Notes under the pieces: generated by a model
The model's database searches: none
Told to the model about the DNA's origin: nothing
Seen by the model: the letters and a program-made list of their open reading frames with translations, nothing else
Assembly (NCBI GenBank): GCA_963555825.3
Contig: CAUVXB020000001.1
Location: 128,001-192,000 of the forward strand
Source: Alphaproteobacteria bacterium
GTDB lineage: Bacteria > Pseudomonadota > Alphaproteobacteria > JAAXGF01
Reading direction: 5' to 3'
Length of the DNA: 64,000 nt
Shown: piece after piece, positions 29,506 to 40,882 of the stretch
How positions within the stretch are numbered: position 1 is the first letter of the stretch
Layout: every line of letters begins with the position of its first letter
Translations under genes and position numbers: made by a program

Positions 29506-30702
29506 ATGGCCGCGCATCATACAGGCGGCGCGCGCGAGGTCTTCGCGGCGTTCCTCAAGCTGGGGCTGACCTCGTTCGGTGGTCCGGTCGCCCATATCGG
29601 TTACTTTCGTGAGGAATTCGTCGACCGGCGCGGTTGGCTCGACGATCGTGACTACGCCGATATGGTGGCGCTCAGCCAGTTCCTGCCCGGCCCGGCGAGC
29701 AGCCAAGTCGGCATGGCGATCGGCGCGGCGCGCGCCGGGCTGGCCGGTGCATTCGCCGCCTGGCTCGGTTTTACGCTGCCTTCGGCGATCGCCATGGTGC
29801 TGTTCGCGATCGGCGTCACGCGTTTCGCCGGCGGCGCCGACGCCGGCTGGCTCGATGGCCTCAAGGTGGTCGCCGTCGCGGTCGTCGCGCGCGCCGTCTG
29901 GTCCATGGCCCGGAGCCTGTGTCCCGACCGGCCGCGCGCCGCGCTCGCGGTCGGCGCCGCGCTCGTCGTGCTCGCCTGGCCGGGCACGCCGGGCCAGCTC
30001 CTCGCCATCCTCGGCGGCGGCCTGATCGGCTGGGCGTGGCTGCGTGGCGCGCAGGAGGCGGTGCCGTCGACGCTCGGCATCGTGCTCGATCGGCGCGTAT
30101 CCATCACGTTCCTCGTCCTGTTCGTCGTGCTGCTGATCGCCTTGCCGGTCGCGGCGAGCCTGTGGTCGAACCAATCGTTGGCGCTGACCGACAGCTTCTA
30201 CCGCTCGGGCGCGCTGGTGTTCGGCGGCGGCCACGTCATCCTGCCCTTGCTGCAGGCCGAGGTCGTGCCGCCCGGCCTGATCGACCGCGACGGCTTTCTG
30301 GCCGGTTACGGCGCGGCGCAGGCGGTGCCCGGGCCGCTGTTCACATTCTCGGCCTATCTCGGCGCAATGATCGATCCGCGCGCCGGTGGCTGGCCGATGG
30401 CGGCGCTGTGCCTGATCGCCGCCTTCCTGCCCTCGTTCCTGCTCGTCGTCGGTGCGCTACCGTTCTGGGAAGTGTTGCGCCGCCACGCCGCCGTGCAGTC
30501 GGCCATGCGTGGCGTCAACGCCGCGGTCGTCGGACTGTTGCTCGCCGCGCTCTACGATCCGGTGTGGACCGGCGCAATCCACGGGCCGGGCGATTTCGCG
30601 CTCGCCATCGCCGCCTTCGCGCTGCTCGCGCTGGCCAAGTTGCCGCCCTGGCTGGTCGTCATCGGCTGCGGGCTGGCCGGCGCCGTGATCGCGGCGGCTT
30701 GA
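29506..30702 (+). CDS. chrA: Chromate efflux transporter
   Basis: LGLTSFGGPVAH, QFLPGPASSQ, FGGGHV.LPLL, QAVPGP. Confidence 0.93.
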   Translation: MAAHHTGGAREVFAAFLKLGLTSFGGPVAHIGYFREEFVDRRGWLDDRDYADMVALSQFLPGPASSQVGMAIGAARAGLAGAFAAWLGFTLPSAIAMVLFAIGVTRFAGGADAGWLDGLKVVAVAVVARAVWSMARSLCPDRPRAALAVGAALVVLAWPGTPGQLLAILGGGLIGWAWLRGAQEAVPSTLGIVLDRRVSITFLVLFVVLLIALPVAASLWSNQSLALTDSFYRSGALVFGGGHVILPLLQAEVVPPGLIDRDGFLAGYGAAQAVPGPLFTFSAYLGAMIDPRAGGWPMAALCLIAAFLPSFLLVVGALPFWEVLRRHAAVQSAMRGVNAAVVGLLLAALYDPVWTGAIHGPGDFALAIAAFALLALAKLPPWLVVIGCGLAGAVIAAA

Positions 30703-30745
30703 CGCCGGCTGGCCGCGCGGTCCAGGATTCGGGCAACAGAGTTAA

Positions 30746-31025
30746 TACCAAGGAGCAGTGATAAAGGCCCCTAGAGATCGCGTCCGCTTTTCGCCGGTGA
30801 GGTAAGGGAGCCGCGGGCGATGCAGCGCATCGGCTAGGCAACCTGGCGCCCTCCGGCGATAAGCGGCCGCGACCCGAAGGGCGGCTTCCCGAGGCTCTCG
30901 CCCGCTATCAGACTGGCGGACGTCGTTGCACCCGTCTTGCGATGCGCTGCATCGCCGCAACGGGCGCGCCTAGCCGAGAACCACGGGAAGCCGTCTCTAT
31001 GGGCCTTTATCACTGTTCCTTGGTA
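30746..31025. mobile_element. MITE (280 bp), copy 1
   Basis: TIR TACCAAGGAGCAGTGATAAAGGCCC / GGGCCTTTATCACTGTTCCTTGGTA, flanked by TAA on both sides; no real ORF. Confidence 0.9.
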
Positions 31026-31055
31026 TAAGTCACGACGATCGCGGAGGTATGCGCC

Positions 31056-31409
31056 ATGGACGCGCCGGTTCTTTACATGGTCAAGGTCTGGGTCTCGCCC
31101 GACGGCGGCAGTGGCTACCTGCGCTGGCTCGAGCACAAGCACATGGCCGAGGTGATCGCCGAGCCCGGCTTCCTATGGGCCCGCAAGGTTCATCTCGATC
31201 AGGTCGACGACAAGGGCTGGGAAGGCTATCTGCTGATCTACGGACTCGAATCGCGCGATGCGTTAGAGGCCTATCTGAAGAGCGACGCGCGCGAGCGGTT
31301 CTGGCATGAGCTCGAACCGCTCAACGCGGTGCACCGCGCCGAGCGTTTCCATGGATCGGTCGACTTCGCCATCGAAAGCGAATCCGAGGCGCCGCCGATC
31401 CAGCTCTGA
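31056..31409 (+). CDS. Small dimeric alpha-beta barrel protein (DUF4286-like)
   Basis: WLEHKHMAEVIAEPGF pattern; GGAGG RBS. Confidence 0.7.
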   Translation: MDAPVLYMVKVWVSPDGGSGYLRWLEHKHMAEVIAEPGFLWARKVHLDQVDDKGWEGYLLIYGLESRDALEAYLKSDARERFWHELEPLNAVHRAERFHGSVDFAIESESEAPPIQL

Positions 31410-31525
31410 CGCTACACACGGGCGTGAACGGGCCGTTCGAGGGGTTGTTTCACCGTCGGCGAGCGACCATCATGTAGTTCGACCAGTGGGGATGGTCAGA
31501 CGTGAAACCAACGGGCGGTCGCACG

Positions 31526-32416
31526 ATGCCTTCGATTTTTCGCAAATTCATCCCTTTGATGGCGGTATTCGCCGTGGCGGCGATCGGATCGCCGGCCGGC
31601 GCGGCGCCCAAGGCCGAGCTGTGGGAGCGCTGGACGGCGCATGACCCGGCGGCGACCGCGACCATCGACCACGGCAGGTGGGAGCGCTTCGTCAAGACTT
31701 ACGTCACGGCCAGCCCCGACGGCGTCAAGCGGCTGGCGTACTCGCGCGTCAGCGCCGCCGATCGCGCCGCGCTCGACGACTACATCGACAGGCTCGCCGC
31801 GTTCGAAATCAGCCGCTACGGCCGCGACGAGCAGCTCGCGTACTGGATCAACCTATACAACGCGCTCACCATCGCGGTCGTGCTCGACCATTATCCGGTC
31901 AAGAGCATCCTCGACATCGCCATCTCGCCCGGCCTGTTCTCGATCGGGCCGTGGGGCAAGAAGCTGGTCACGGTCGATGGCGAGGCGCTCAGCCTCGACG
32001 ACATCGAGCACCGCATCCTGCGCCCCATCTGGCGCGATCCGCGCATCCACTACGCGGTCAACTGCGCCTCGATCGGCTGCCCCAACCTGGCGACCATGGC
32101 GTTTACCGGCGCCAACGCCGAGGACATGCTGACGCGCACCGCGCGGGACTACGTCAACAACCCGCGCGGCGCCGAGCTGCGCAACGGCCGCCTCGTCGTC
32201 TCGAGCATCTACGAGTGGTACAAGGAGGACTTCGGCGACAGCGACGTGGGCGTCATCCGCCACCTCAGGCAATATGCACAACCCAATCTCGCTGCCGCGC
32301 TGGACGGCGTCACGCGCATCGCCGCCGATGATTACGACTGGGCGCTCAACGAGGCCGAGCGGCCGGCGTCGACGACGACGGCCCCCCCCAGGGGGAGCTT
32401 CGGCGGCGAACGCTAA
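31526..32416 (+). CDS. DUF547 family secreted protein
   Basis: LAYWINLYNA, LSLDDIEH.ILR, RIHYAVNCASIGCP, SSIY.WY.EDF. Confidence 0.95.
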   Translation: MPSIFRKFIPLMAVFAVAAIGSPAGAAPKAELWERWTAHDPAATATIDHGRWERFVKTYVTASPDGVKRLAYSRVSAADRAALDDYIDRLAAFEISRYGRDEQLAYWINLYNALTIAVVLDHYPVKSILDIAISPGLFSIGPWGKKLVTVDGEALSLDDIEHRILRPIWRDPRIHYAVNCASIGCPNLATMAFTGANAEDMLTRTARDYVNNPRGAELRNGRLVVSSIYEWYKEDFGDSDVGVIRHLRQYAQPNLAAALDGVTRIAADDYDWALNEAERPASTTTAPPRGSFGGER

Positions 32417-32473
32417 CCGACAGGGAGGCCCGGCAATCTGACGCTCGCCCCCGCTCCAAGCCAGACCGGGTTC

Positions 32474-33898
32474 GTGGCGAATGCCGTGTGGCTCGGCGCC
32501 GGCGTTGCGTTGCTCGCGGCGCAGCTTGTGCTGCTCGCGCTTTCGCGCCGGTTTGCCTACGAAGCCAGCCTGGTCCACCTGCCGATCCCCTGGCTGGTGG
32601 TGCTCGGGGTCACCGCCGGCGTCGTCTTCCTGGCGCTCCCCTGGGCGGTGCGTCGGGCGCGGGGCGGCAGGCTCCTGCTCGTCTGGATCGTCGCCGTCGG
32701 CGTGCTGATGCGCGTCGCGATGTTGCCGTCGACGCCGGTGCTCGAGGACGATTTCAACCGCTATCTGTGGGATGGCGCGGTCGTGAGCCAAGGCATCAAC
32801 CCCTACGCCCACGCGCCGATCGCGGCGACCGAATCGGAGGATGGCGGGCCGCCGGCGATGGTCGCGCTCGCCGCCGAGTCGGGGCGCATCGCCGAGCGCA
32901 TCAACTACCCGGCGCTGCGCAGCATCTACCCGCCGGTCGCGCAGGCGGCGTTCGCGCTCGCCTATCGGCTCGAGCCCTGGAGCCTCGAGGTGTGGCGCGC
33001 CGTGCTCATGGCCTTCGACCTCGCGACGCTCGGCCTGTTGCTGGCGCTGCTGCGCCGTCTCGGCCGCTCGCCCTTGTGGGTTGTGCTTTACTGGTGGAAC
33101 CCGCTGGTCGTCAAGGAGCTGTTCAACTCGGCGCATATGGACGCGCTGGTGATCCCCTTCGTGCTCGGCGCGCTGTGGCTCGCGACGCGTGGCCGTAACG
33201 TCTGGGCGTCGGGCGCGCTGGCGCTGGCGGCGGGCGTCAAGCTTTGGCCGGTGCTGCTCTTGCCCATCGTGCTGCGGCCGCTGCTCGGGCATGGCGCCAA
33301 ACTCGCCGCCGCGTTGGCCGCGTTCGCCCTCCCGCTCGGCTTGATGGCGGTCCCCGTAATCGTCGCCGGACTCGATGTGACGTCGGGCTTCGTCGCCTAC
33401 GGCGGTTCGTGGCAGGCGAACGACGCCCTGTTCATGGCGCTCGCCTGGCTGGCCGGCGCGCTGCTCGATCTGGTCGGGGCGGGATCGGACGCGGCCGACG
33501 GGCTCAGCCGCATGCTCGTCGGCCTCGCGGTCGTCGGCCTCGCCCTCGCGCTCAACCGGACGGTGGCCGAAGAGCCCGCCGAACTATGCCGCCGGTCGAT
33601 GATCATCGTCGCCGCCCTGTTCCTGCTCGGCCCGACGCCGTTCCCCTGGTACTATGCCTGGCTCGTGCCGCTGCTCGTGCTGGTGCCGGTGACTTCGCTG
33701 CTCGCGCTCACCGCGCTGCTGCCGCTCTATTACCTGAGGTTCTACTTTGATGCGCGCGGACAGGCCGTGATCTTCGATAACGGCGTCGTCTGGCTCGAGT
33801 ACCTGCCCGTCTTGGCGCTGCTCGCGCGCGAGTGGCTGGTCGCCCGCCGAAGCGGGCAGTCGCGGATGCCGTCGGGAGTGGCCATCGATGTGCGGTGA
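32474..33898 (+). CDS. GT-C-fold (GT87-like) membrane glycosyltransferase
   Basis: EDDFNRYLWDG, INPY, IYPP, WNPL..KE...SAHMD, PWY. Confidence 0.85.
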   Translation: MANAVWLGAGVALLAAQLVLLALSRRFAYEASLVHLPIPWLVVLGVTAGVVFLALPWAVRRARGGRLLLVWIVAVGVLMRVAMLPSTPVLEDDFNRYLWDGAVVSQGINPYAHAPIAATESEDGGPPAMVALAAESGRIAERINYPALRSIYPPVAQAAFALAYRLEPWSLEVWRAVLMAFDLATLGLLLALLRRLGRSPLWVVLYWWNPLVVKELFNSAHMDALVIPFVLGALWLATRGRNVWASGALALAAGVKLWPVLLLPIVLRPLLGHGAKLAAALAAFALPLGLMAVPVIVAGLDVTSGFVAYGGSWQANDALFMALAWLAGALLDLVGAGSDAADGLSRMLVGLAVVGLALALNRTVAEEPAELCRRSMIIVAALFLLGPTPFPWYYAWLVPLLVLVPVTSLLALTALLPLYYLRFYFDARGQAVIFDNGVVWLEYLPVLALLAREWLVARRSGQSRMPSGVAIDVR

Positions 33899-34568
33899 CG
33901 TCTCGATCGGCGCCGTCATCCCGGCGCTCGATGAGGAGCGGGCGATCGGCCGCGTGCTCGACGCGCTCCCCGCATGGGTCGACGAGGTGATCGTGGTCGA
34001 CAACGGCTCGAGCGACGCCACGGCCGCGGTCGCGCGCGGCTACGGCGCCGCCTGCCTCGCTGGCATCGCCGCGCTCGACGGCGCCGAGATCGTCGTCTTT
34101 CTCGACGCCGACTTCAGCGATCACGCCGAGGAGATGGCCCGCTTGGTCGACCCGATCGTCGCCGGCGAGGCCGAGCTGGTGATCGGCTCGCGCGTCCTGG
34201 GGCACAGCGAGCCGGGCGCGCTCACGGCACAGCAGCGTATCGGCAACCGTGTCGCTTGCGCGCTGATGCGCGCCTTCTGGGGCGCGCGCTACACCGACCT
34301 CGGGCCGTTCCGCGCCATCCGCTGCGACGCGCTCGCCCGCCTCGCTATGCGCGACCGCGACTTCGGCTGGACCGTCGAGATGCAGATCGAGGCGGCGCGC
34401 CTCGGCCTGCGCGTCCGCGAGGCGCCGACCAGCTACCGCCGCCGCGTCGGCGTCTCGAAGATCTCCGGCACACTGAGCGGTACGCTGCGCGCAGGTCTCA
34501 AGATCGTCTATGTGATCCTGCGCGCCGCGCTCGCGCCGCGGCCAGGAAATGCCCGAGGCCGGCGCCGG
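33888..34568 (+). pseudogene. GT2 glycosyltransferase with an apparent internal in-frame deletion and lost stop
   Basis: IPALDEE, VDNGSSD, FLDADFSD, DLGPFRAI, GWTVEMQ, SKISGT; AVAR|GYGAAC lacks the usual intervening strand; frame runs antisense to 35249. Confidence 0.75.
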
Positions 34569-36020
34569 TCAGGCCGGGTCGCGACGCCGCGACGAGCGCT
34601 TGTCGATGTAATCCTTTATCCAGGACGCGGCATAGACGACGAGGAGCGGCTCGATCATGACCCGGTTGCGGTTGTTTTCGAAACTCACCAACAGGCACGA
34701 GATAACGGCGATGTAGATAAGCGTCATCGATATGTACAGATAGACGACCTCCTTGTCGGTCACGGCGCGCCGCCGCAACCCCTTGATCAGGATGACGACG
34801 CCCGAAGCGGCGACGAGACAGACGATCAGCAGAACGAAAACACCGAGCTTGGCGGTCGGCGCATAGAGCTCGCTTTCCGGCTTCACATCGAACCACGACA
34901 TCACGTGTCCCAGAAACCGTCCGTAGACGGCGACGTTGTACACCGCGTCCAGCGCCGTGATCTTTTCGAGATTAGCGAGAATGAAGTGGTTGTCCGTCGC
35001 TGGCATCGAGAATTCGCCGATCGCGAGCGCGACCTTTCGGGCGCAGTGTCCGGGGTAATGCCACATCGCATAGAGGTCGTCCCGCTTCAGCATCTCGGCC
35101 ACGGTGAGGTAAATTCGATGGTTGTAGTTGCTCTCGCCGTTGGTCTTGTAATAGTCGTCCAGGATGGCCATGCCGAAGGGCGGCGGCGGCTCGATCACCT
35201 CGGCGAACAGATGAGGCGGGGCCATGTCGGGAAGCTTGGCCGCGGGTGACAGGACGCCCGATCCGATGAGCGCCATGCGCTCGTCTTCGGGGACCTCGGC
35301 GACCGTCGTCATCGCGAAGTGCCACCACAGCCAACGGCTTGCCGAGAAATTCGAGAACAGCACTTGGTTCTTCGCGTAGATGCCGACAACCGGGACGAAT
35401 GGCACGATCGCGCCGGCCAGGGTGCGCCGCCAGATTTTTGGCCGCGCGAGCACAAGGGCGGCGATCGCTGCCACCACCCAGACCAGGTGAAACGCACTGC
35501 GCGTCAGCGCGAGGATGCCAATCAGGGAGAAGAAGAGGGCCGCCGTGCCGGCCGTCTCGCGGCTCAGGAAGCTGCGTAGCGCAAGCGCCGATAGTGTCAG
35601 CAGAGCGCCGGCTGGCCAGGTGTAGAAAAGCCAGCACTCGTAGATGATCGCGATCGGGCTGATCATGTATGCGGTGACGACCGCCAGACTTGTCCGCGAC
35701 GACAGGTCGTTGCCATGCATCAGGCGGTACATCGCGATATACATGGCCAGCGACAGGGCGGCGAAGGATGCCCAGAAGAACAGGTGAGCGAGATCGCCCG
35801 CGACTTGCAGCTAAAAGCCCAGGAACAGGTTGAACAGCGGCGGCTGTGCGTGGAAATACAGCAGGCTTGCGAACAGGTCCTCGCGCAACAGGACGGGGTC
35901 GATGTACTGGCGGAAATACCACAGCGGCTGGTAGTCGAACCTGACACCGGCGAACATGTAGCCAATGCGCGAGACAAGGAAAATCACGATCAGATGCAAC
36001 AGGTGACGGTCGGTCTTCAT
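34569..36020 (-). pseudogene. Polytopic membrane protein (GT-C-like) with in-frame TAG at 35811-35813
   Basis: ORFs 35811-36020 and 34569-35744 share a frame; HAQPPLFN and ENNRNR motifs. Confidence 0.75.
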
Positions 36021-36258
36021 TGTCCATCCGAACCTTGTACAAACCGCCGAAGTCGTCGCCGGCCGAATGGGTGCGTCGGTCGGCGAACCACCTTAACCGA
36101 GTTCCCCCGGATGGCGCCCGGCAGTCGTGGACCCGGTCGATCCAAACGCCGGACAGGCCGCTTCAGGCAGCAAGGTCGGAATCGGTCGTCGGCCATTTCG
36201 TCTCGAACCTCCCCATCTGGCTGGTCGAGCCGGCCAAGTCTATTAAAGTCGGCGTGCT

Positions 36259-38249
36259 TCACGGTAGCCGGAACAGAAGGAAGGTTTTGTCTTCGTGCAG
36301 GATTTGCGAGCGCTGGCTCAGATCGAACAGCATCCGGCTGAAGGCGAGAACGATTCTGCCAAAGCGGCGTCGAGAGGCGTTGCGCGAGTCCAACAAGTTC
36401 AGCAGGTACTTGTCCGAGCGGACGACAGCGCCGGAACGCTGCCATAGCACGTAGCGCACGCTATGCCTTCGGAAGTATTCTTCAGCCGCCTCGGTATCCC
36501 CATCGACAGGAAAGTCCTGTGCCGGCGACACCAAGCCGGCGGGCACGACGCTGAATATCGGATTGCGCCGGTAATCCAGATGCAGCTGTAAGGAAATCCA
36601 GGCCAGGAGTGTCTCGCCCTCCGGGACCAAGTGCTGCATTTCGGACACCGCTTCTTTGGCTTCGTCGCTCATAGAGAAACGGCTAAACTTCGAATAAATT
36701 GGCGCCCGGGCTGCCGCAAACGACAGAATTGATCCGTGGTTAGCCGCCTGATCAATACGGTTGACGAGCGGTCCAAAGAATGCCCCCAACAATAGGAAGG
36801 TCGGTAAAGATATCGCCATTAGCGCCATCAGGGGTCTCATGTTTTGCCCTCTCTCCTGGCGTGGAATTTGGGCGGCGCTTCTCCCGCAAAAATGATTGCC
36901 GCCGGCACAAGAGCAATCAAGATTGGGCACATGTAGCGAAGCGCCCTGTCGTAGCCGGACAGATAACGCTCGAAAATCAGTAGGGTTACGAGGTAGAGAA
37001 TGGGCAGCATGGCGCAACTGGATAGGGACCAGAGTATCGACGGGTTTCTTGACCAAGCATGCCGACGAGGACGGTACGCGATCAACGCGCAGCACAGACA
37101 GACGAGTAGAACGGCCACCGTGTAATGGGCAAAGCTGGCGCCGAGCCCCCACGACAGGGGCTTCAGAGAAAACAGGTCCAGCGACAGCAACGAAAATTCA
37201 GATTGATTCCCTTCGGCAGTGGTCGTGACCGAGGGCCCAAGCGCGGCCCAAGCGGCGTACCACCGAGGCGCATGAATTAGCATCCAGGGAAGAATGCCGG
37301 CCATGGCGATCGCCGCAACCGTGACGCACCAGATCAGGGTTGTGCGTATGCGGCGCGTGGCGACCGCGACGGCCAATACAGATAGTGGGAAGTGGAACAG
37401 CGGGACCAGCAAATACGTCGACTTGAGGGCGACCAACGCGGCATACATCAAACCCACGACAATGGCGCTCGACGGTGTCGCGAAGAAAATGCCGGGTCCC
37501 TCGCTCTCCCCGTAGGGAATGAACACGAGGAATAGCAGTAGAGCGACGCCGACGTATAACGCCGAAATGTTGACATACTGCGGGCTGATGAAGAACAGTG
37601 CTGCGACCGCCAGCGGCACGAGCCAACCACGCAGGCGGGCGCGTTCGGCGGCAACCAAAACCATGGTCATCGATAGGACCAATCCGAATAAAGCGTCGAC
37701 GGCGTTGATCTGGCCGATCGACCAGTGCGCCGCAATGAAACCGTGAAGGTAGGCTTGGCCGCCTAGTGTTTCATAGCCAAGAGCGCTGAACGGACCTCCA
37801 TCCAGCGTACCCGTCGCCAGCATGCGCAACGGATGGGTCAGATATTTCTCGAGGTCATCGCGAAAATTGAAGGCTTGCGGCGGTACCTGAGTGATCGCCG
37901 TGAAGACGAACACAGATAAAATCAACGCACCGCCGGGATAGGTGCGTAAGGCGAAATCCATCGAACCATAGCGTTCCCGGAGGCTCTCGAGTGAAACGCG
38001 TCGCGCCGATGGCCACACATCCACGCAAGCCCCGACCAACCCCAGGAGCACAATGAAATCGAGGACGATAGCGCGGGCAATTCCCAGCAGATTGAGGACG
38101 CCGCCGAGGATGACCCAAATGGCCAATCCGAAGCATAGCGTGGCGGGCCACGGCCAGCGCGCCCGAACTATTCTCTCGCCAAGACGCCCCCACCCATAAA
38201 GTGCAAAGGAATAGACGATGAGTAACGCGCTGATTCCTATGACCTTCAT
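36259..38249 (-). pseudogene. Large polytopic membrane protein, frameshifted near 36850-36890
   Basis: Hydrophobic N-terminal ORF ends at 36837; an overlapping frame continues with a TM segment and soluble tail; lower GC than the backbone. Confidence 0.7.
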
Positions 38250-38799
38250 CCCGCTACGCCCCTCGACATCCGAGACTTGACGGCCGTCGCCCCGATACCA
38301 TGGGTGAGCCGACATCTCACCCGAAAATCCGCCGATGACCGACGACCCAAAGCCGGCTTGCCGGGCGCCGTCAACAGTCCGCTGCCGTCTTCGTCGAAGT
38401 CTATAGGATTGTTTGTATCACCGAGTGTGCGTTCGACGAGAGATGTGGCCACCATTTCTCAGTCTGCCGATATTACCCCAAATGATACAGTAGATAAATC
38501 AAATAGTTAATGACTAAATCCTAACCTTATAATTGAATGGAATTATCCGGGGAGATTTAAACCCAATTCTGCGGTGAGGTGGCTCCGGCGGATGTCGTTG
38601 CTCTCGCCGTTGGACGCGAAGCAGTCTCCCACGATGGCCATGCCGAATGTATCGCCGGCCTCGAAGACACGTCGGTCGGCGAGCCACCTTGAGACGTCCA
38701 AGGTGGGACGTTCAGGTTATGCTGGCCCATGCAGAATATTTCTTGTCATGCGGCGATGTCCCGGCCACTTTGGCGACCGCCCCCGTCGGAGAGCCCACC

Positions 38800-39102
38800 A
38801 TGCGCGAATGCCGAACCATGAACGAAGTACGCGAAGAGATCGACCGGCTCGATCGCCAGCTCGTCACGCTGCTCGCCGAGCGCTCCGGCTATGTCGGCCA
38901 AGCGGCGCGTATCAAGACGCAGGAAAATCAGATCCGCGACGTAGCGCGCATCGACGACGTCATCGCCAAGGTCCGGCTGCACAGTGAGACCGCGGGCCTC
39001 GATGCCGACCTCGCCGAACGCATCTGGCGCGGCATGATCGAAAGTTTCATTGCTCACGAGCACGCCCAACACCGGCGCATCCACCGTCGCGAGCCGGGCT
39101 AG
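38800..39102 (+). CDS. AroQ-type chorismate mutase / isochorismate-pyruvate lyase
   Basis: CRTMNEVREEIDRLDRQLV.LL.ER...AARIK. Confidence 0.92.
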   Translation: MRECRTMNEVREEIDRLDRQLVTLLAERSGYVGQAARIKTQENQIRDVARIDDVIAKVRLHSETAGLDADLAERIWRGMIESFIAHEHAQHRRIHRREPG

Positions 39103-40277
39103 CGCGGCAATCCGAACAGCGGCCTTAGGCGCACGCCGATCCAGGTGCCGGCCAGCGCGCAGACGATCCACAGCCAGCCGTGCAGGCTGGTCGAGGCGAC
39201 GCCCGAGAAGAAGGCGCCGATGTTGCAGCCGAAGGCGAGCCGGGCGCCGTAGCCCATCGCCAGACCGCCGATCACCGCCGCCAGGGCGCCGCCGGGCGCG
39301 ATGCGGCGTGTCGGTGCAAACCGACCGGCGAGCCCCGCGGCGGTCAGCGCGCCGAGCACGATGCCGATGTTCATCACCGATGTGACGTCGTCGAACACGC
39401 CGCCGGCCATCGCGCGCGCCGGGAACCCGCCGCTCCAGAAGGCGCTCGCCGCCGGGTCCCAGCCGAGCACGGCGGCGGCCTTGGCGCCCCACAAGGTGAA
39501 GCCCCAGGTGATCGTCCAGGGGTGGCCGGCGATCAGCAGAGTCAGCCAATTGAGCAACGCGAGCAATCCGGCGCCGAGCAATAGCGGCCATGGTCCGCGG
39601 GCGAGGTCGCGCCAACCCAGCCGGCGGCTCCAGAGCGGCCGCTGAGCGACCGCGCCGGCCCAGCGGCGCAGACCAAACCAGAGCGCGCCGAGCACTGCGA
39701 TTTGGAGCGCGAGCGCGAGCGGCCAGCCGAACTCGGCGGCCAGCGAGACGCTTCGCCAGCGCGGCGCGGTGGCCCAGAATTCCAGGTCGAGGCTGCCCCA
39801 CAGCCCGCCGGCGCAAAAGGCGACGAGCGTGATCACCATACGCGTCGAACCGCCGCCGACGGTGTAGAGCGTGCCGGAGCCGCAGCCGCCACCGAGCTGC
39901 ATGCCGAGCCCGAAGATCAGGCTGCCGAAGGCGACCTGGAGGCCGACCGGCGCAACCGCGCCGACCACGCCATGGCCGAACACGCGGCCCTCGGCGAGCA
40001 CCGGCGCAAACAGCAGCATCGCCGCGCCGAGCATGACGAGCTGCGCGATGACGCCGGAGACGTCGCGCCGAACGATCGCATTGCGGTACGCCGCTGTGAA
40101 GCCGAACGCCGCGTGATACAGGCTGACGCCGAGCAATCCGCCGACCAGGAACAGCGCGCCGGGCTTCCAGCCATCGGTGGCCAGCAAAGCCGCGCCGCCA
40201 ACCAGGACGACGGCGCCGAACCCGGCGATCACCGGCTGTGCCGGCGGTTCGGTGATGGTGCTCGACGCGGTGCTCAT
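39099..40277 (-). CDS. YeeE/YedE family sulfur-compound transporter
   Basis: FGLGMQLGGGCGSGTL and MGYGARLAFGCNIGA. Confidence 0.93.
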   Translation of the reverse strand: MSTASSTITEPPAQPVIAGFGAVVLVGGAALLATDGWKPGALFLVGGLLGVSLYHAAFGFTAAYRNAIVRRDVSGVIAQLVMLGAAMLLFAPVLAEGRVFGHGVVGAVAPVGLQVAFGSLIFGLGMQLGGGCGSGTLYTVGGGSTRMVITLVAFCAGGLWGSLDLEFWATAPRWRSVSLAAEFGWPLALALQIAVLGALWFGLRRWAGAVAQRPLWSRRLGWRDLARGPWPLLLGAGLLALLNWLTLLIAGHPWTITWGFTLWGAKAAAVLGWDPAASAFWSGGFPARAMAGGVFDDVTSVMNIGIVLGALTAAGLAGRFAPTRRIAPGGALAAVIGGLAMGYGARLAFGCNIGAFFSGVASTSLHGWLWIVCALAGTWIGVRLRPLFGLPR

Positions 40278-40280
40278 CGA

Positions 40281-40748
40281 CTAACCGTCGAGCATGTCGG
40301 CGCGCAGCATCCAAGCGACGTACCAGCCGCTGGCGGCGCCGTGTTCGAGGCATACCATGGTAGCCGGGCGAAACGCCGCGACGACGACGTCCTCGCTGCC
40401 GACGACGAGCCGCGCGGCGAGGTCCCCCATGAACGGCAAATGGCCGACCAGCACGGTGTTCTCTTGCAATCCGCTGAACTCGTTGGCGACCGGCGCGGTC
40501 GGATCGTTGGGTGCCAGGCCGTCGCGGGCGACGCAGGCGCCGGCGTCGGCCATCACCTCGGCGAGGATCTCGGCGGTCTGGCGCGCCCGCGTCTTGCCCG
40601 AATGCAGGATGCATTCGGCGCGCACGCCGCGCTGGCCGACGAACGCCGCGAGACGTTCGACGTTGGCGCGGCCCGCCGCGCTCAAGGACTGATCGGGGTC
40701 GACCTCCTTGGCGAGCGCCTCGCCGTGGCGGACGAGGTAGAGCTTCAC
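40281..40748 (-). CDS. sixA: Phosphohistidine phosphatase SixA
   Basis: YLVRHGEA, SGKTRARQTA, LVGHLP. Confidence 0.9.
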   Translation of the reverse strand: MKLYLVRHGEALAKEVDPDQSLSAAGRANVERLAAFVGQRGVRAECILHSGKTRARQTAEILAEVMADAGACVARDGLAPNDPTAPVANEFSGLQENTVLVGHLPFMGDLAARLVVGSEDVVVAAFRPATMVCLEHGAASGWYVAWMLRADMLDG

Positions 40749-40882
40749 GGGCGGTCCTTCCTGGCGGTGTCGTCGATAACGCCGAGTCTATACCCGAACC
40801 GGCCATTTCGAAAACCGGCGGCGAGTGGCGGAAATTCAGCTAAATTGACGCGCGGTCGGCAGGTAGACGCTTTGGAGGCATC

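Noticed and set aside
38470-38570. AT-rich patch with an IHF consensus (38497-38509) as an att or ori site
   Set aside because: There are no repeats, tRNA or recombinase nearby; it is most simply the promoter region of the lower-GC membrane gene.
38746-40806. Long alternative-frame or antisense ORFs (686 aa here; also 58889-60955, 28582-30234, 55911-57512)
   Set aside because: These are Arg/Pro/Gly-rich shadow ORFs expected at high GC and overlap well-supported genes.
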